Origin: Eledone cirrhosa
Lineage: Eukaryota
Length of the DNA: 64,000 nucleotides
Direction of reading: 5' to 3'
Assembly (NCBI GenBank): GCA_964016885.1
Contig: OZ024745.1
Span: forward strand, 25,482,001 to 25,546,000
Position numbers and translations under genes: made by a program. Under the pieces are notes generated by a model. It had not been told where the DNA came from. It was given only the letters and a program-made list of their open reading frames with translations, and did not search any database. This document shows positions 14,420 through 26,756 of this stretch, one piece after another (within the stretch, counting starts at the first letter, position 1; every line of letters begins with the position of its first letter).

Positions 14420-15026
14420 GTCAGGTCATCAGTTGGTGCTACTGGTAACATGTATCCCAGTACAACCTGTCTCATGGTAGGGTCGTTGGCGACTAAACTG
14501 GCAACCCCACCAAGGTTTCTTGGTGAGGAGGGTGACTTTGGACATCCTGCAGGACTAAAAACAAAACCTGTCAAAGGGCAAAGGAGCTCTTAAGAGTCAA
14601 TGGCCATCCAAAATCACCGGGAGAGATGACCCCTTAGCCGTTGTCAAGGCAGAATTCTAGGAGAAGGAAAACTCTGATATAACACCTGCAACCCTGATGG
14701 TATCCAATGATGTTGACTTGTTCTTCTTTTTGGTAAATATCATCTTGGTTAAGAGAGTGGGACTGGCTTTGTGCAGTGCCTTTGCTCACTATAAAAGCTT
14801 CACGGCACAGGCATTGCTTTATATCTGGAGATCTCTCTGCACTTGTCATCACATGGTACCATGGGCCCAGCACTATGTGTCAATAATTGTCACAATGTAG
14901 TGTTTGTACCAGAGTTTTCAAGTCGCTGGCTGGACTAAAAAGTCACACTTGTTCAGCGCATCGGTAGGGATTCTCCTACATAGATATAAAGTAGTGGCCG
15001 TACTCGAAAACGAGTTGGCAGCCACC
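14420..15026 (+). mobile_element. non-autonomous bipartite RTE-derived element, about 607 bp
   Basis: Near-identical copy at 17303-17908. RTE-like 5'UTR motif GGAGAAGGAAAACTCTGA; residual zinc-finger-like [17 protein letters not shown]; sits in (TA)n. Confidence 0.75.
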
Positions 15027-15135
15027 ATATATATATATATATGTATAAATATATATGTATATATATATATGTATATATACATATGTGTATATATATATAT
15101 GTATATTCATATGTGTATATATATTTGTATATATA

Positions 15136-15207
<72 letters not shown>

Positions 15208-15239
15208 TATATTTGTATATATATATGTATATATATATG

Positions 15240-15286
<47 letters not shown>

Positions 15287-15327
15287 GTATATATATATAT
15301 GTATATATATGTATATGTATATATATA

Positions 15328-15400
<73 letters not shown>

Positions 15401-15482
15401 TATTCAAAATATTAATAAATGAAAATTATTCTCATAATCAAAATATATATTTTATTATACATATTTCAAAGGTACAATGGTG

Positions 15483-16312
<830 letters not shown>

Positions 16313-16462
16313 GAGATTCCTGATGATTTCTAAAGAATGAAACACTTCTAGTCCTGTAGAATCTCATCTATATTAAAACTTTTATACTCCGCTATGTATT
16401 GTATTGATGTATTGAGTACCTTACTTGCTGTGGTTGCCTCCGATTCAACCCGGAATAACTTT

Positions 16463-16547
<85 letters not shown>

Positions 16548-16684
16548 ATACTTTGGGAGGGTCATGTTGCAAATAAGAAACACACGCACCATTATTGGCA
16601 ACATGACCCTCCCAAAGTATAACAATATCGGTTTCAACACACGTTTTCAGATAAAGAATCTTGCTAAACAAATTCAGAAACGAA

Positions 16685-16781
<97 letters not shown>

Positions 16782-17032
16782 ATCTCTAAAAATTCAATAA
16801 ACTCTCAGAACAACTTTAACAAATGTAAAAGTAGACATACTGTGTGCGTGTGTGAGTGTGGGCTTATGTGTCTGTGCGGTTATGTGTCTGATTGTCTACC
16901 TATGAATGTGTATGGATACGTGTGACTTGTGTTTCCTGACCACGCCTACAATTAACGTGAATATGTGTGAATTACTCTGTGTTTATCTGTATTTATATTT
17001 AACAGCGGGTAAGCATATAATTATATATATAT

Positions 17033-17129
17033 ACGGCTGAGCTCAAGCCGTTTCGACGGCTAATTCTGGACTAAATGAACATTTTCATTTAGTCCAGAAT
17101 TAGCCGTCGAAACGGCTTGAGCTCAGCCG
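17033..17129. repeat. about 45-bp-arm palindrome overlapping the 3' half of an HHR
   Basis: ACGGCTGAGCTCAAGCCGTTTCGACGGCTAATTCTGGACTAAATGAA followed by its reverse complement; related sequence at 3798-3838. Confidence 0.85.
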
Positions 17130-17227
17130 TCGGGCTCCTACTCGTTCCTATTACCCACTCTACTACCCTAAGTATTGAGTACTTTGGTGCGTTATGGTCC
17201 ATCTGGTTCCTTACCACATTTCCTTCG

Positions 17228-17296
<69 letters not shown>

Positions 17297-17302
17297 AATT
17301 AT

Positions 17303-17908
17303 GTCAGGTCACCAGTTGGTGCTACTGGTAACATGTATCCCAGTACAACCTGTCTCATGTTCGGGTCGTTGGCGACTAAACTGGCAACCCCACCAAGGTT
17401 TCTTGGTGAGGAGGGTGACTTTGGACATCCTGCAGGACTAAAAACAAAACCTGTCAAAGGGCAAAGGAGCTCTTAAGAGTCAATGGCCATCCTAAATCAC
17501 TGGGAGAGATGACCTCTTAGCCTTTGTCAAGGCAGAATTCTAGGAGAAGGAAAACTCTGATATAACACCTGCAACCCTGATGGTATCCAATGATGTTGAC
17601 TTGTTCTTCTTTTTGGTAAATATCATCTTGGTTAAGAGAGTGGGACTGGCTTTGTGCAGTGCCTTTGCTCACTATAAAAGCTTCACGGCACAGGCATTGC
17701 TTTGTATCTGGAGATCTCTCTGCACTTGTCGTCACATGGTACCATGGAACTAGCACTATGTGTCAATAATTGTCACAGGTGTAGTGTTTGTACCAGAGTT
17801 TTCAAGTCGCTGGCTGGACTAAAGTTACATTCGTTCAGCGCATCGGTAGGAGTTCTCCTACATGGATATAAAGTAGTGGCCGTACTCGAAAACGAGTTGG
17901 CAGCCACC
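17303..17908 (+). mobile_element. non-autonomous bipartite RTE-derived element, copy 2
   Basis: Colinear with 14420-15026; flanked by (TA)n. Confidence 0.75.
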
Positions 17909-19033
17909 ATATATATATATAGTGAAAAATGGAACGGGAACAAAACAGAGAGGCAGTATGAACAAAGGTTTATTAGTTTCACGCTCTTGAGAGTGGGGTG
18001 GTGGTGTGGAACACGTTTCGGGCATAAGCCCTTCTTCAGGCGAAAAGTGTGTGGGAAGAGAGTTCTAATGGTGTGAAGGGGGGTGGGGGAGAGACATTTA
18101 GAAAAAAAGGGGGGAGCGGAGGAAAAACGGTGGAAGGGGTACAAATAAAAATAAATATAAAAAAAATAAAAATAAAAATAAACATGAAGATAAACAAGTG
18201 GTGGAAGGGTGTGGGGCGTGTAGGGGTGGTGGCGGGTTGAGTGGGGAGAGGGAGGCGGGGTGTCACAGCGGGGAGGGCTGAAGGTGGTGTATGTGTGTAG
18301 GTGTACGTGTGTGTATGTGTGTGTGTGTGTGTGTATGTGAATGTGAGAGTTGGGGAAGAACGAGGTTCCATGTTCAGGAAAAGGTGTGTGTGTGTTGGGT
18401 GGGGTGTAGGTCGGTGTGTGTGTACGCGTGGGGATGGGGAGGGTTCAGATGGGTGGGAGAGGGGGGGGGAGATTCCGGAGGCTGATATATATATATATAT
18501 ATGCTTGTGTGTGTGTATGTGTGTGTATATGTGTGTGAGTGTGTTTGTGTTTGTGCGTGTGTTTATGTTTAAATGTATGAGAATGTATGTAGAGCTTCGA
18601 GCAAATTAAGTGATTGCGTATTCGGGAAACTTTTATGAATGTGGTTTAAGGTTTATGTGAGTGTATTTAAATGTGTGTATATTAATTTGACTTTGTGTGT
18701 AGGTATTTCTGATTTGTTTACATTTACATACATGTATCTGTATATCTAAATATGAACATGTATATGTGTACGTGTGTGCTTTCTTGTTCTCATGTCCTTG
18801 CATTCTTGAATTGGTTACAGTCTGCTGGTTGAGAGGGGGGAGCATGCTGGGGAGAGCGAGTATAGACTTACACACACACACACACACATGTTCACATGCA
18901 TACATACATATATACATACACACACTCACACACAGACACACACACATGTTCACATGCATACATACATATATACATACACACACTTACACACAGACACACA
19001 CACATGTTCACATGCATACATACATATATACAT

Positions 19034-19066
<33 letters not shown>

Positions 19067-19849
19067 CACACACACATATATATATAGGTAAGTTTTGTTT
19101 TACAAACCCCGAGTGAAGGAAAGAAAGCAAGAACTCAACAAGCAAACAGAGACTATATCATCTTTTACTAGCTGAAACTGCTACAGGAGTGACTCAATGG
19201 CCCCTAGTTTCGTACAAGGCATTTATCAATCAATTTTATCAGGTTAGACTTTTTTTGGAGGAGGTCAATTGACAAACTCGTTAGAGCGTCGTATAAAATG
19301 ATTGGTGGTGTTCGTTCCTATTTCCTGTGCTCTGAGTTCAAATACTGGCGAACCCAACTTTGCCTTTCATCTTTTCGAGATTAATAAAGTGTGGGTAAGG
19401 TAGTGGGGTCGACCCCCCCCCCCTCACCTCCATATCAATTTCACTTTCACTGTAACACACTCCTTCTTTCATTGGAAGAAATCAGTTGTGTTCCGTCTTG
19501 GAGAGTGATCAGTTCTACCTGATTTTAAATGCCCAAGAAACGCTGTATTTTACTACGGCGTTCCTACGACTCCACCAGAAGTCACGTATCCATCCATACA
19601 TCATAAGTTCGTGAGGTGTATAGTCAGCCCCAATGTGACTACCGAGAATGGATTCGTCTTCCGGAAGCTTAATTCTCTTTGCTTCACAGAAAATCTGTAG
19701 GTAGCAGATTAGAGGATTAGGGATTATAAATAACGGTCCCAATCATTAATATATTGTGAACTAATTTAAAAAGATACCTGTGACATACAATTATTGATTA
19801 GATTCAAATGTTAGCATTATGGAAGTCCAGCCTATGAGGTATATAGAAG

Positions 19850-20490
19850 AGGCTTTAGCAAGTGTGGAAACCGGCAAGTTGATTTTTTGGCACCAAACAT
19901 ACATGAATGTGTCTTCTGCTTTGGTAGATCTGGAAGAACTTGCAACGTCCATAGTCAACAGAGGTTAATACAGGCCTTCCACAACAAGGGAGATCAATGC
20001 TGTTAATGTTCCGCCTAAACTGTAGTAATTCCACTAATTTTGGAAAGACATGCGCAGAAAGGAGATTCTTAGAAAACAATGATCTGGTTAGGAAGGATTG
20101 GGCGGAATGGTTAAAGTGGGGCTTGTGGGCTGTGCACAAAATAGATTACGTGAGGAACGTGAGGGGACGAGTAAGTGGAGGTGGCATGAGACTAGTCAGT
20201 TGTGAGGAGCAGAGTAGCGGTAGAAGAGGCAGAGGGAAAAGACAGCAAGTTTCTCTGAAGCTATGTTTGTGAGAGATGTTATGTCCATTAAGCGATTGGC
20301 TTTTCTCTCGATGCCTTTCAGCTTGTCAGTGTGTGTAATAGCAGCACCATCATAGATGTGTGAGCAATACTCCATTGTGAATCTTATCTGAGCCTTGTAG
20401 TGGGTCAATTAGCTGTTGGGGGTTGAAGTATTTTCAGACCCTGAAAGGAGAGTCCAGTCTTTGTGATGCAGATCTAGTTGTATTGAGGAT
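19850..20490 (-). pseudogene. decayed CR1/L2-group LINE, ORF2 C-terminal fragment
   Basis: YKAQIRFTMEYCSHIYDGA..KLKGIERKANRL resembles the post-RT region of CR1-group elements; stops and frameshifts present. Confidence 0.7.
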
Positions 20491-21233
20491 GTAAGTTCGA
20501 TAATTGCAAGATTGGAGCGATCGCGAGAGCTCTTGTTGCGTGCAACTCGTGTTTAAGAAGAGTGAAGTTCGACTACGTTACACATTTGAACTCTGAGCGC
20601 AGGAAAAAATGCCAAGATATTTTAAAACCGATGCCCTAAAAACTCTGCCAATTTGAGTTTATATATATCAACTAATTAAAACACAATATCCACTCCGGAT
20701 CGGATCCTTAGAGGTATTCACGATTTTCTTGTAACTGAATTATAGATAGAGATGAAACTCATAACAAAGTTTTAACATAAAAACAATACACTTCACACCT
20801 GAGTTGTGAATAAGAAAACTTTATGTATGTATATATACTTTATTTTTTTTTTTTTTTGAACGACAAACAATTTGGTGGAGATATAAATAAATTTTAGTCG
20901 ACGTTTTGGCAACTATGTACGCAGTTTTTTGTAACTACATACCTTATTTTGTAATCAGTATCTCCTGGCTTCATGCCACTGTTTCTTTTTTAAGGTTATA
21001 AACTGCGCTTCAAATAGAAATATGCAAAAATAATGGAATCTTACGCTATATAGCGGAAAAAGATAGTAGTGTAGCTAAAATATCTAAATTGTTTAGTTAC
21101 TTTCTAATCCTGAGATTATAATTCAACGTGATTCAGAAATACAACTTTGGTTGGTAGATGCAGAATTCCATAGAGTACACCAGGTGAGCCAATTTCTGTT
21201 GTTGTTGTTGTTGTTGTTGTTGTTCTTCTTCTT

Positions 21234-21316
<83 letters not shown>

Positions 21317-21847
21317 TGGGAGAGAGCGTTTCTAGGGCATTTAAAAACCTAGTGGAGCCAATCTCACCTCCAGGTCTGAATAGCGTAGATTTCTTCCGGA
21401 GAAGGATAGAAATTGAGAGACTAGAAGTGAGAAAGAGATGTAGAAGAAGAATCAACCCCAGTGCTTGGCTGGTACTTTTTTATCGACCTCGAAAGGATAA
21501 AAGGCAAATTTGACATCGGCGGGTTTTGAACTCAGAGAACAGAGATCCAAAACGATCAACGCGTAGCATTTTATCCGATTCAGTAATTGTCCATTTGATA
21601 ATTTAAATATTGATATAAGGAGCAGGTAGGCGTTATTGCATGGTTAATAAATTCGCTTTGCAATTTCCTGGTTGTGTAGTACCGTTCCATACATCCGTTT
21701 CATTGTTAGAGCATTGAAACGATCGAATGGAACGACACTATTAAAGACATTAAAGATATCAATTAATGTCTCCAATTATTTACACATCACGATTGAGTTT
21801 CTCCTGAATATGGATCCATTCCTCCAATATATCCAGCTTATAAATAG

Positions 21848-21948
<101 letters not shown>

Positions 21949-22109
21949 CTATTTATTTCTCTCTCTCTCTCTATCTATCTATCTTTCTATCTATATTATA
22001 TATATATGTATATATGTATATATATATATATGTATACATATATACGTATATATATATAAGATAGATAGAAAGATAGATAGATAGATATGTATATATATAT
22101 ATGAGTGTG

Positions 22110-22385
22110 TGAAGGCGCATGGCTTAATGGTTAGAACATTGGGCTTGCAATCGAAAGGTTGTGAGTTCAATTCTCGGACCGTGTGATGTGTTGTTTCCTT
22201 GAGCAAGACACTTTATTTCACGTTGCTCCAGTTTACTCGGCTGTAGAAATGAGATGAAGAGGTACCGGCCTGCCCGCCCAGCCAGTGGGATGGCGTTATC
22301 TTATGGCTAAAACAGCACGACGTGCTGTGACCAGCGGCGCCGAATGGACGCCCGACAGACTGGTCGGTCAAGGTGATCAACGTGA
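22110..22385 (+). mobile_element. SINE family B
   Basis: TGGCTTAATGG A box, GAGTTCAATTC B box, shared core. Confidence 0.8.
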
Positions 22386-22668
22386 TATATATATGTGTGT
22401 GTCTGTGCATCTGTGTACGTGTGTGCATCTGTGTACGTGTGTGCATCTGTGTACGTGTGTGCATCTGTGTACGTGTGTGCATCTGTGTGTGTATCACATA
22501 AAATGTAGTCAACGAATTTTTTTTAATTCATTTAACTGATATTTGCCTTGCAATTCGAAGACAAGGACTCCCTTTGGAAGTGTTAAAAATCTAAAAATTA
22601 TTATCAAGGGTTCTTTCTTTCTCCTTCTCTCTCGCTCTTACTCATCTTCTTGCTGGAATAAATCAGCT

Positions 22669-23087
22669 GCGAGGGTCGGCTGAAAGGTTAATAGGCAGAC
22701 TATGAAAGATTGATGCTAAAGCTGTGAAATTTTGCATGCATTATTTTCAATTCTTCTTATCAAGGGCAGTGGATTGGCAGTATCGTTAGAGGGTCGGACG
22801 CCAAGCATAGAGTTACGGCCCTTGCCATTCTGAGTTCAAATCCCGCCAAGGTTAACTTTGCTTTTCATCCTTACGGGGTCGATTAAATAAAGTACCAGTA
22901 ATACACTGGGATAATTGCTGGCCTTGTGCCAAAAGTAGAAACAATTATTTTCAACTCTTATTAATAGCTACATGGGTTCTTTCCAGAGACTATGCTTAAA
23001 AATAAACCTCACTTGGGGCATTCCATGAGAATATCTTTATCATCTTATTAACTTCTCAGCCTATAAGCCTTTCAGCCGACCCTCTTA
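22669..23087. mobile_element. mariner-type MITE with a nested family-A SINE (22764-22950)
   Basis: TIRs GAGGGTCGGCTGAAAGGTTAATAGGC / GCCTATAAGCCTTTCAGCCGACCCTC; related end at 40465-40547. Confidence 0.75.
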
Positions 23088-23274
23088 GCTGAAGAGTGAG
23101 TTTCAGGAGGTTTTAAATGCTCGACACAACCCATATACCAAGACGATGTCCCTTCCACTCTATCACTGATTCGGGACCCATGGTTGGATGGAAAATATAA
23201 TACTAGTCCAGTATTTAAGTTGATAGAATGTACTTTCCCCTCCGCCAAAACCACTATCAAGTCATTATATATAA

Positions 23275-23497
23275 GGGCGGTGGATTGGCAGTATCGGTAG
23301 AGAGTCGGACACCATGCTTTGAAGCATAGAGTTACGTCCCTTTATGATCTGAGTTCAAATCCCGCCGAGGTTAACTTTGCCTTTCATCCTTACGGAGTCG
23401 AGAAAATAAAGTACCAGTAATGCACAGGGATCGATTTAATCGACTTTCCCCTCCCCAAAATGGTTGGCTTTGTGTCTAAATCAGAAACCATTATTAT
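23275..23497 (+). mobile_element. SINE family A (long variant)
   Basis: Same head and core plus a GATCGATTTAATCGACTTTCCCC segment. Confidence 0.85.
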
Positions 23498-23731
23498 CAT
23501 AGAATATATATACTATTGCTTATACCTATTATTTCCTCACTGTTGCCCCAAATTCTTTGCAACGGAAATAAATTCTCAGCTCGCTAATCAATCATACCTT
23601 ATCTTGTAATCTTTTTCATTTTTCCCTCAAATAAATTCTTTCTTTCCTTCCTTCTTTCTTTCTTTCATTCTTTCTTTCATTCCTTCTTTTTTTTTTTTTG
23701 CTTTCTCTCTCTCTCTTTGTTTTTCCTTCTA

Positions 23732-23813
<82 letters not shown>

Positions 23814-23870
23814 TCCCACTATTTTACTTTCTCTCGCGTTTTTATTTCACCTTGTAACTCTGCTTGTCTA

Positions 23871-23911
<41 letters not shown>

Positions 23912-24165
23912 GGCTGGCTGTTTGCCTCTCTGTCAGTCTCTTGGAAATTTGAACATCCTCCCCATGCTCTCTATGCCTGTCTCTCACACTCTCTTTCTCA
24001 TCTCATTATGCACCCGATATATATATCTATATATATATATATATATATATATATCGGGTGCAATGATATATATATATATAATATAAGATCAAAAGATGGT
24101 TAAAAGAGTTCCATGTATTTTATTATGCGCATTTCATATTGTACTACAATAAAACTCACCTCCTA

Positions 24166-24210
<45 letters not shown>

Positions 24211-24522
24211 AATAAAGATTCAGCGAGAATCGCATTTTCGGCGGGCAGGAAAAACGAAGCGAAAGGCAAAACTCAGAAATGATACTGGAAAAGTGCTCAA
24301 TAGTTAAAAACCAGAGTTAAACAATGAAAAGGTGGTCAAGAAAGCATTAACCACCCAAGCCGAAAACCAAATCAAGCTAAACAGGTCAAAACAAAATAAT
24401 GATAAAAAATAAGTGATAACCAGACCCGACTCCCGGAATTGCTGTTAAAATCCGATGTAGAGTTTCTGTGACACCTAAATCAATCAAAATACAGTGCTTA
24501 AAAATATAAGCTTTGTGTATAA

Positions 24523-24558
<36 letters not shown>

Positions 24559-24941
24559 TTACGATAAATATTGATGTAATTCAATTCAAGCACTCTACGT
24601 ACTTTTTTCACATAGGAATGACTGAGTATATTTAGAATAAGAAAATGCGAAGTAGTTTCAGATGTTAAAGCCCGGATTTTAACATCTGAAACAACTTCGC
24701 ATTCCTATCTATCTATCTATCTATCTGGATGGACACACGCGTATAACTTGCTGAGTAAGTTCTGTTTAAATTTCTATAGAAATTCTTGTCTGATAACTTT
24801 AATTTTTGTACCATTTTGTAGAGGGACTGCCAGGTCAAACTTTGATCTGGTCAGTCTCTCAAAATATTCTACGCCTTTAGGCGAAATAGTTAAACAAAAA
24901 AAAAAAAGTTTTTTCTTGTTGAAAAGTCAATATTTTTTTAA

Positions 24942-26732
24942 ATGGCCGAAGCTTCTTCACCAAAATTCGAAGGAGGAAAGGGGAAGATGAACTTACAGCT
25001 TCCCCCTGCCACTGTCACAGTAGCAGAGGTCAAGAAGAAAGGTCAGCCAGAGGAAGAATTCTCTTCACCTGTTAACCGACAACTTGACGTTGCCATGGCA
25101 ACAACCCAAAGAATCAGCAGCAACAGCAACAACAACAACAATGCGACGGACGAAAACAACACCAATAACAATAACAATAACAACAACAAGACCAATAACG
25201 GTGACAACAACAACAATGATAACAACAACACCACCAACGACAACAACAACAACACAAACAAACAAAATTTCTCCTTCGCCGAGACGACAAGGAAAACCCT
25301 CGACTATCTGCCAGTAGATATAACAAAAGCGAAGGAGCTACTGGCGGATGCGAAAAAATATATAGTGTACGGGGAAAATGGTTCATTCACAATCCATTCC
25401 CCCCCGGAACTAAAAAGCCAGAGACTCCTAAACACGGTCATGTTTAGGACAATCTCGAACAAAAGTAAAAAACCAGCTCAACCATCACAGAGCGAGATAG
25501 AGCTGGTTTTAAAAGACGTCATGAAGGACATCACCTTCATTCAGAAGGATAGACTCTACGGGAGTCTATCCATTCTCATGAAGGACAGGGACACAGCAGT
25601 GAAACTGTCCATCAAACCAATCACATCCACCGCATACACCTTCTACCCTACGTACATGGGTAGAAGAACACAAAAAATAAAAATCCACACCATCCTGCCG
25701 ATTATGGACATATGGTGGGTTTTGACAGGTTTTCTGGACCTGGAGGATGACATGCTGGTGTCCATGGGAAAGGCATCGGGTGACGCGTTCAGTGGAACGA
25801 GCCTCGAACTTGTAGTTCAAATGAGGCCCGAAAGGATCGCCCAGATCCCTGAACGCGTCATACTGGATGATCTAACCTTCATCAACATTACCGTTGAGGG
25901 TAGACGGCCCTCGTGTTACCTCTGCGGAACCAGAGGTCACCTGAGGGCTGTCTGTCCCCAACTTAATAAGAAAACCCCAATCCTGCCTACACCACCAACA
26001 ACTGCACAACCAACACAATCACCACAACTACCACTACAAAAACAACCACCACAGTTCAAACCAAAACAAAACAATGTCCAACCCATCCCCTCCACTCAAA
26101 AAACAAAAACAATTTCCAAAACACCCGTACCGCAAACACAACCCGAAAATATACCCCTCCCCTCCAACGCGGAAGATGACCCTAGTTCGTCGTCAGACGA
26201 GGAGGAGCACTTCCACACAATCAAAAGAAAAAAAAGAAAACACACCTCAGACACACAAATGAAAAAAACCCCTCCCCAAAACATAACACTGACACCAACA
26301 CAAAAGAGCTCACAACAGCAAACAAAAAACACCACACAAAAACAAAAACATGCATACACATACATAAATACAAGAAACAAAAAACTGTTAAACATTGTGT
26401 ACAACAACAATCTAATAAAAACACAAGGGCCTAACTTCACCCAGGCAGGGGATTTCCCCCACCTCAAAATGATTAAGGCCCCACAGGACACCTATAAAAC
26501 TTTAAAAAACAATTTTAAAGAGGACGTGGGTCCCCCCTGCGTCGGGCCCATTAACCGCGTCCTCCTAAAAAACTATCCCACCCCCTCCCCAAACACCCAC
26601 ACAACTCCAAGCTCCCCAACCACACAACACACTGATGCCCCCACACTTCCACAAACCACCACCCCACCCAACAACCCATCCCCCACCCTAATGGAAATTG
26701 TGCAGCCCGATACCCGGGACGCAGAGAGGTAA
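24942..26732 (+). CDS. Tx1 ORF1 gag-like nucleic-acid-binding protein (596 aa)
   Basis: Zinc knuckle CYLCGTRGHLRAVC, Asn-rich N-terminus, Pro/Gln/Thr-rich linker, basic KRKKRK patch. Confidence 0.88.
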   Translation: MAEASSPKFEGGKGKMNLQLPPATVTVAEVKKKGQPEEEFSSPVNRQLDVAMATTQRISSNSNNNNNATDENNTNNNNNNNNKTNNGDNNNNDNNNTTNDNNNNTNKQNFSFAETTRKTLDYLPVDITKAKELLADAKKYIVYGENGSFTIHSPPELKSQRLLNTVMFRTISNKSKKPAQPSQSEIELVLKDVMKDITFIQKDRLYGSLSILMKDRDTAVKLSIKPITSTAYTFYPTYMGRRTQKIKIHTILPIMDIWWVLTGFLDLEDDMLVSMGKASGDAFSGTSLELVVQMRPERIAQIPERVILDDLTFINITVEGRRPSCYLCGTRGHLRAVCPQLNKKTPILPTPPTTAQPTQSPQLPLQKQPPQFKPKQNNVQPIPSTQKTKTISKTPVPQTQPENIPLPSNAEDDPSSSSDEEEHFHTIKRKKRKHTSDTQMKKTPPQNITLTPTQKSSQQQTKNTTQKQKHAYTYINTRNKKLLNIVYNNNLIKTQGPNFTQAGDFPHLKMIKAPQDTYKTLKNNFKEDVGPPCVGPINRVLLKNYPTPSPNTHTTPSSPTTQHTDAPTLPQTTTPPNNPSPTLMEIVQPDTRDAER

Positions 26733-26756
26733 GTGCCTTTTCTCTTCACCACCAAC

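Noticed and set aside
18005-18045. HHR-like CTGAAGA-GGGC/GCCC-GAAACGTGTT on the minus strand (also cores near 31210, 33027, 36005, 57205)
   Set aside because: Stem I or the catalytic core is incomplete; at best decayed remnants
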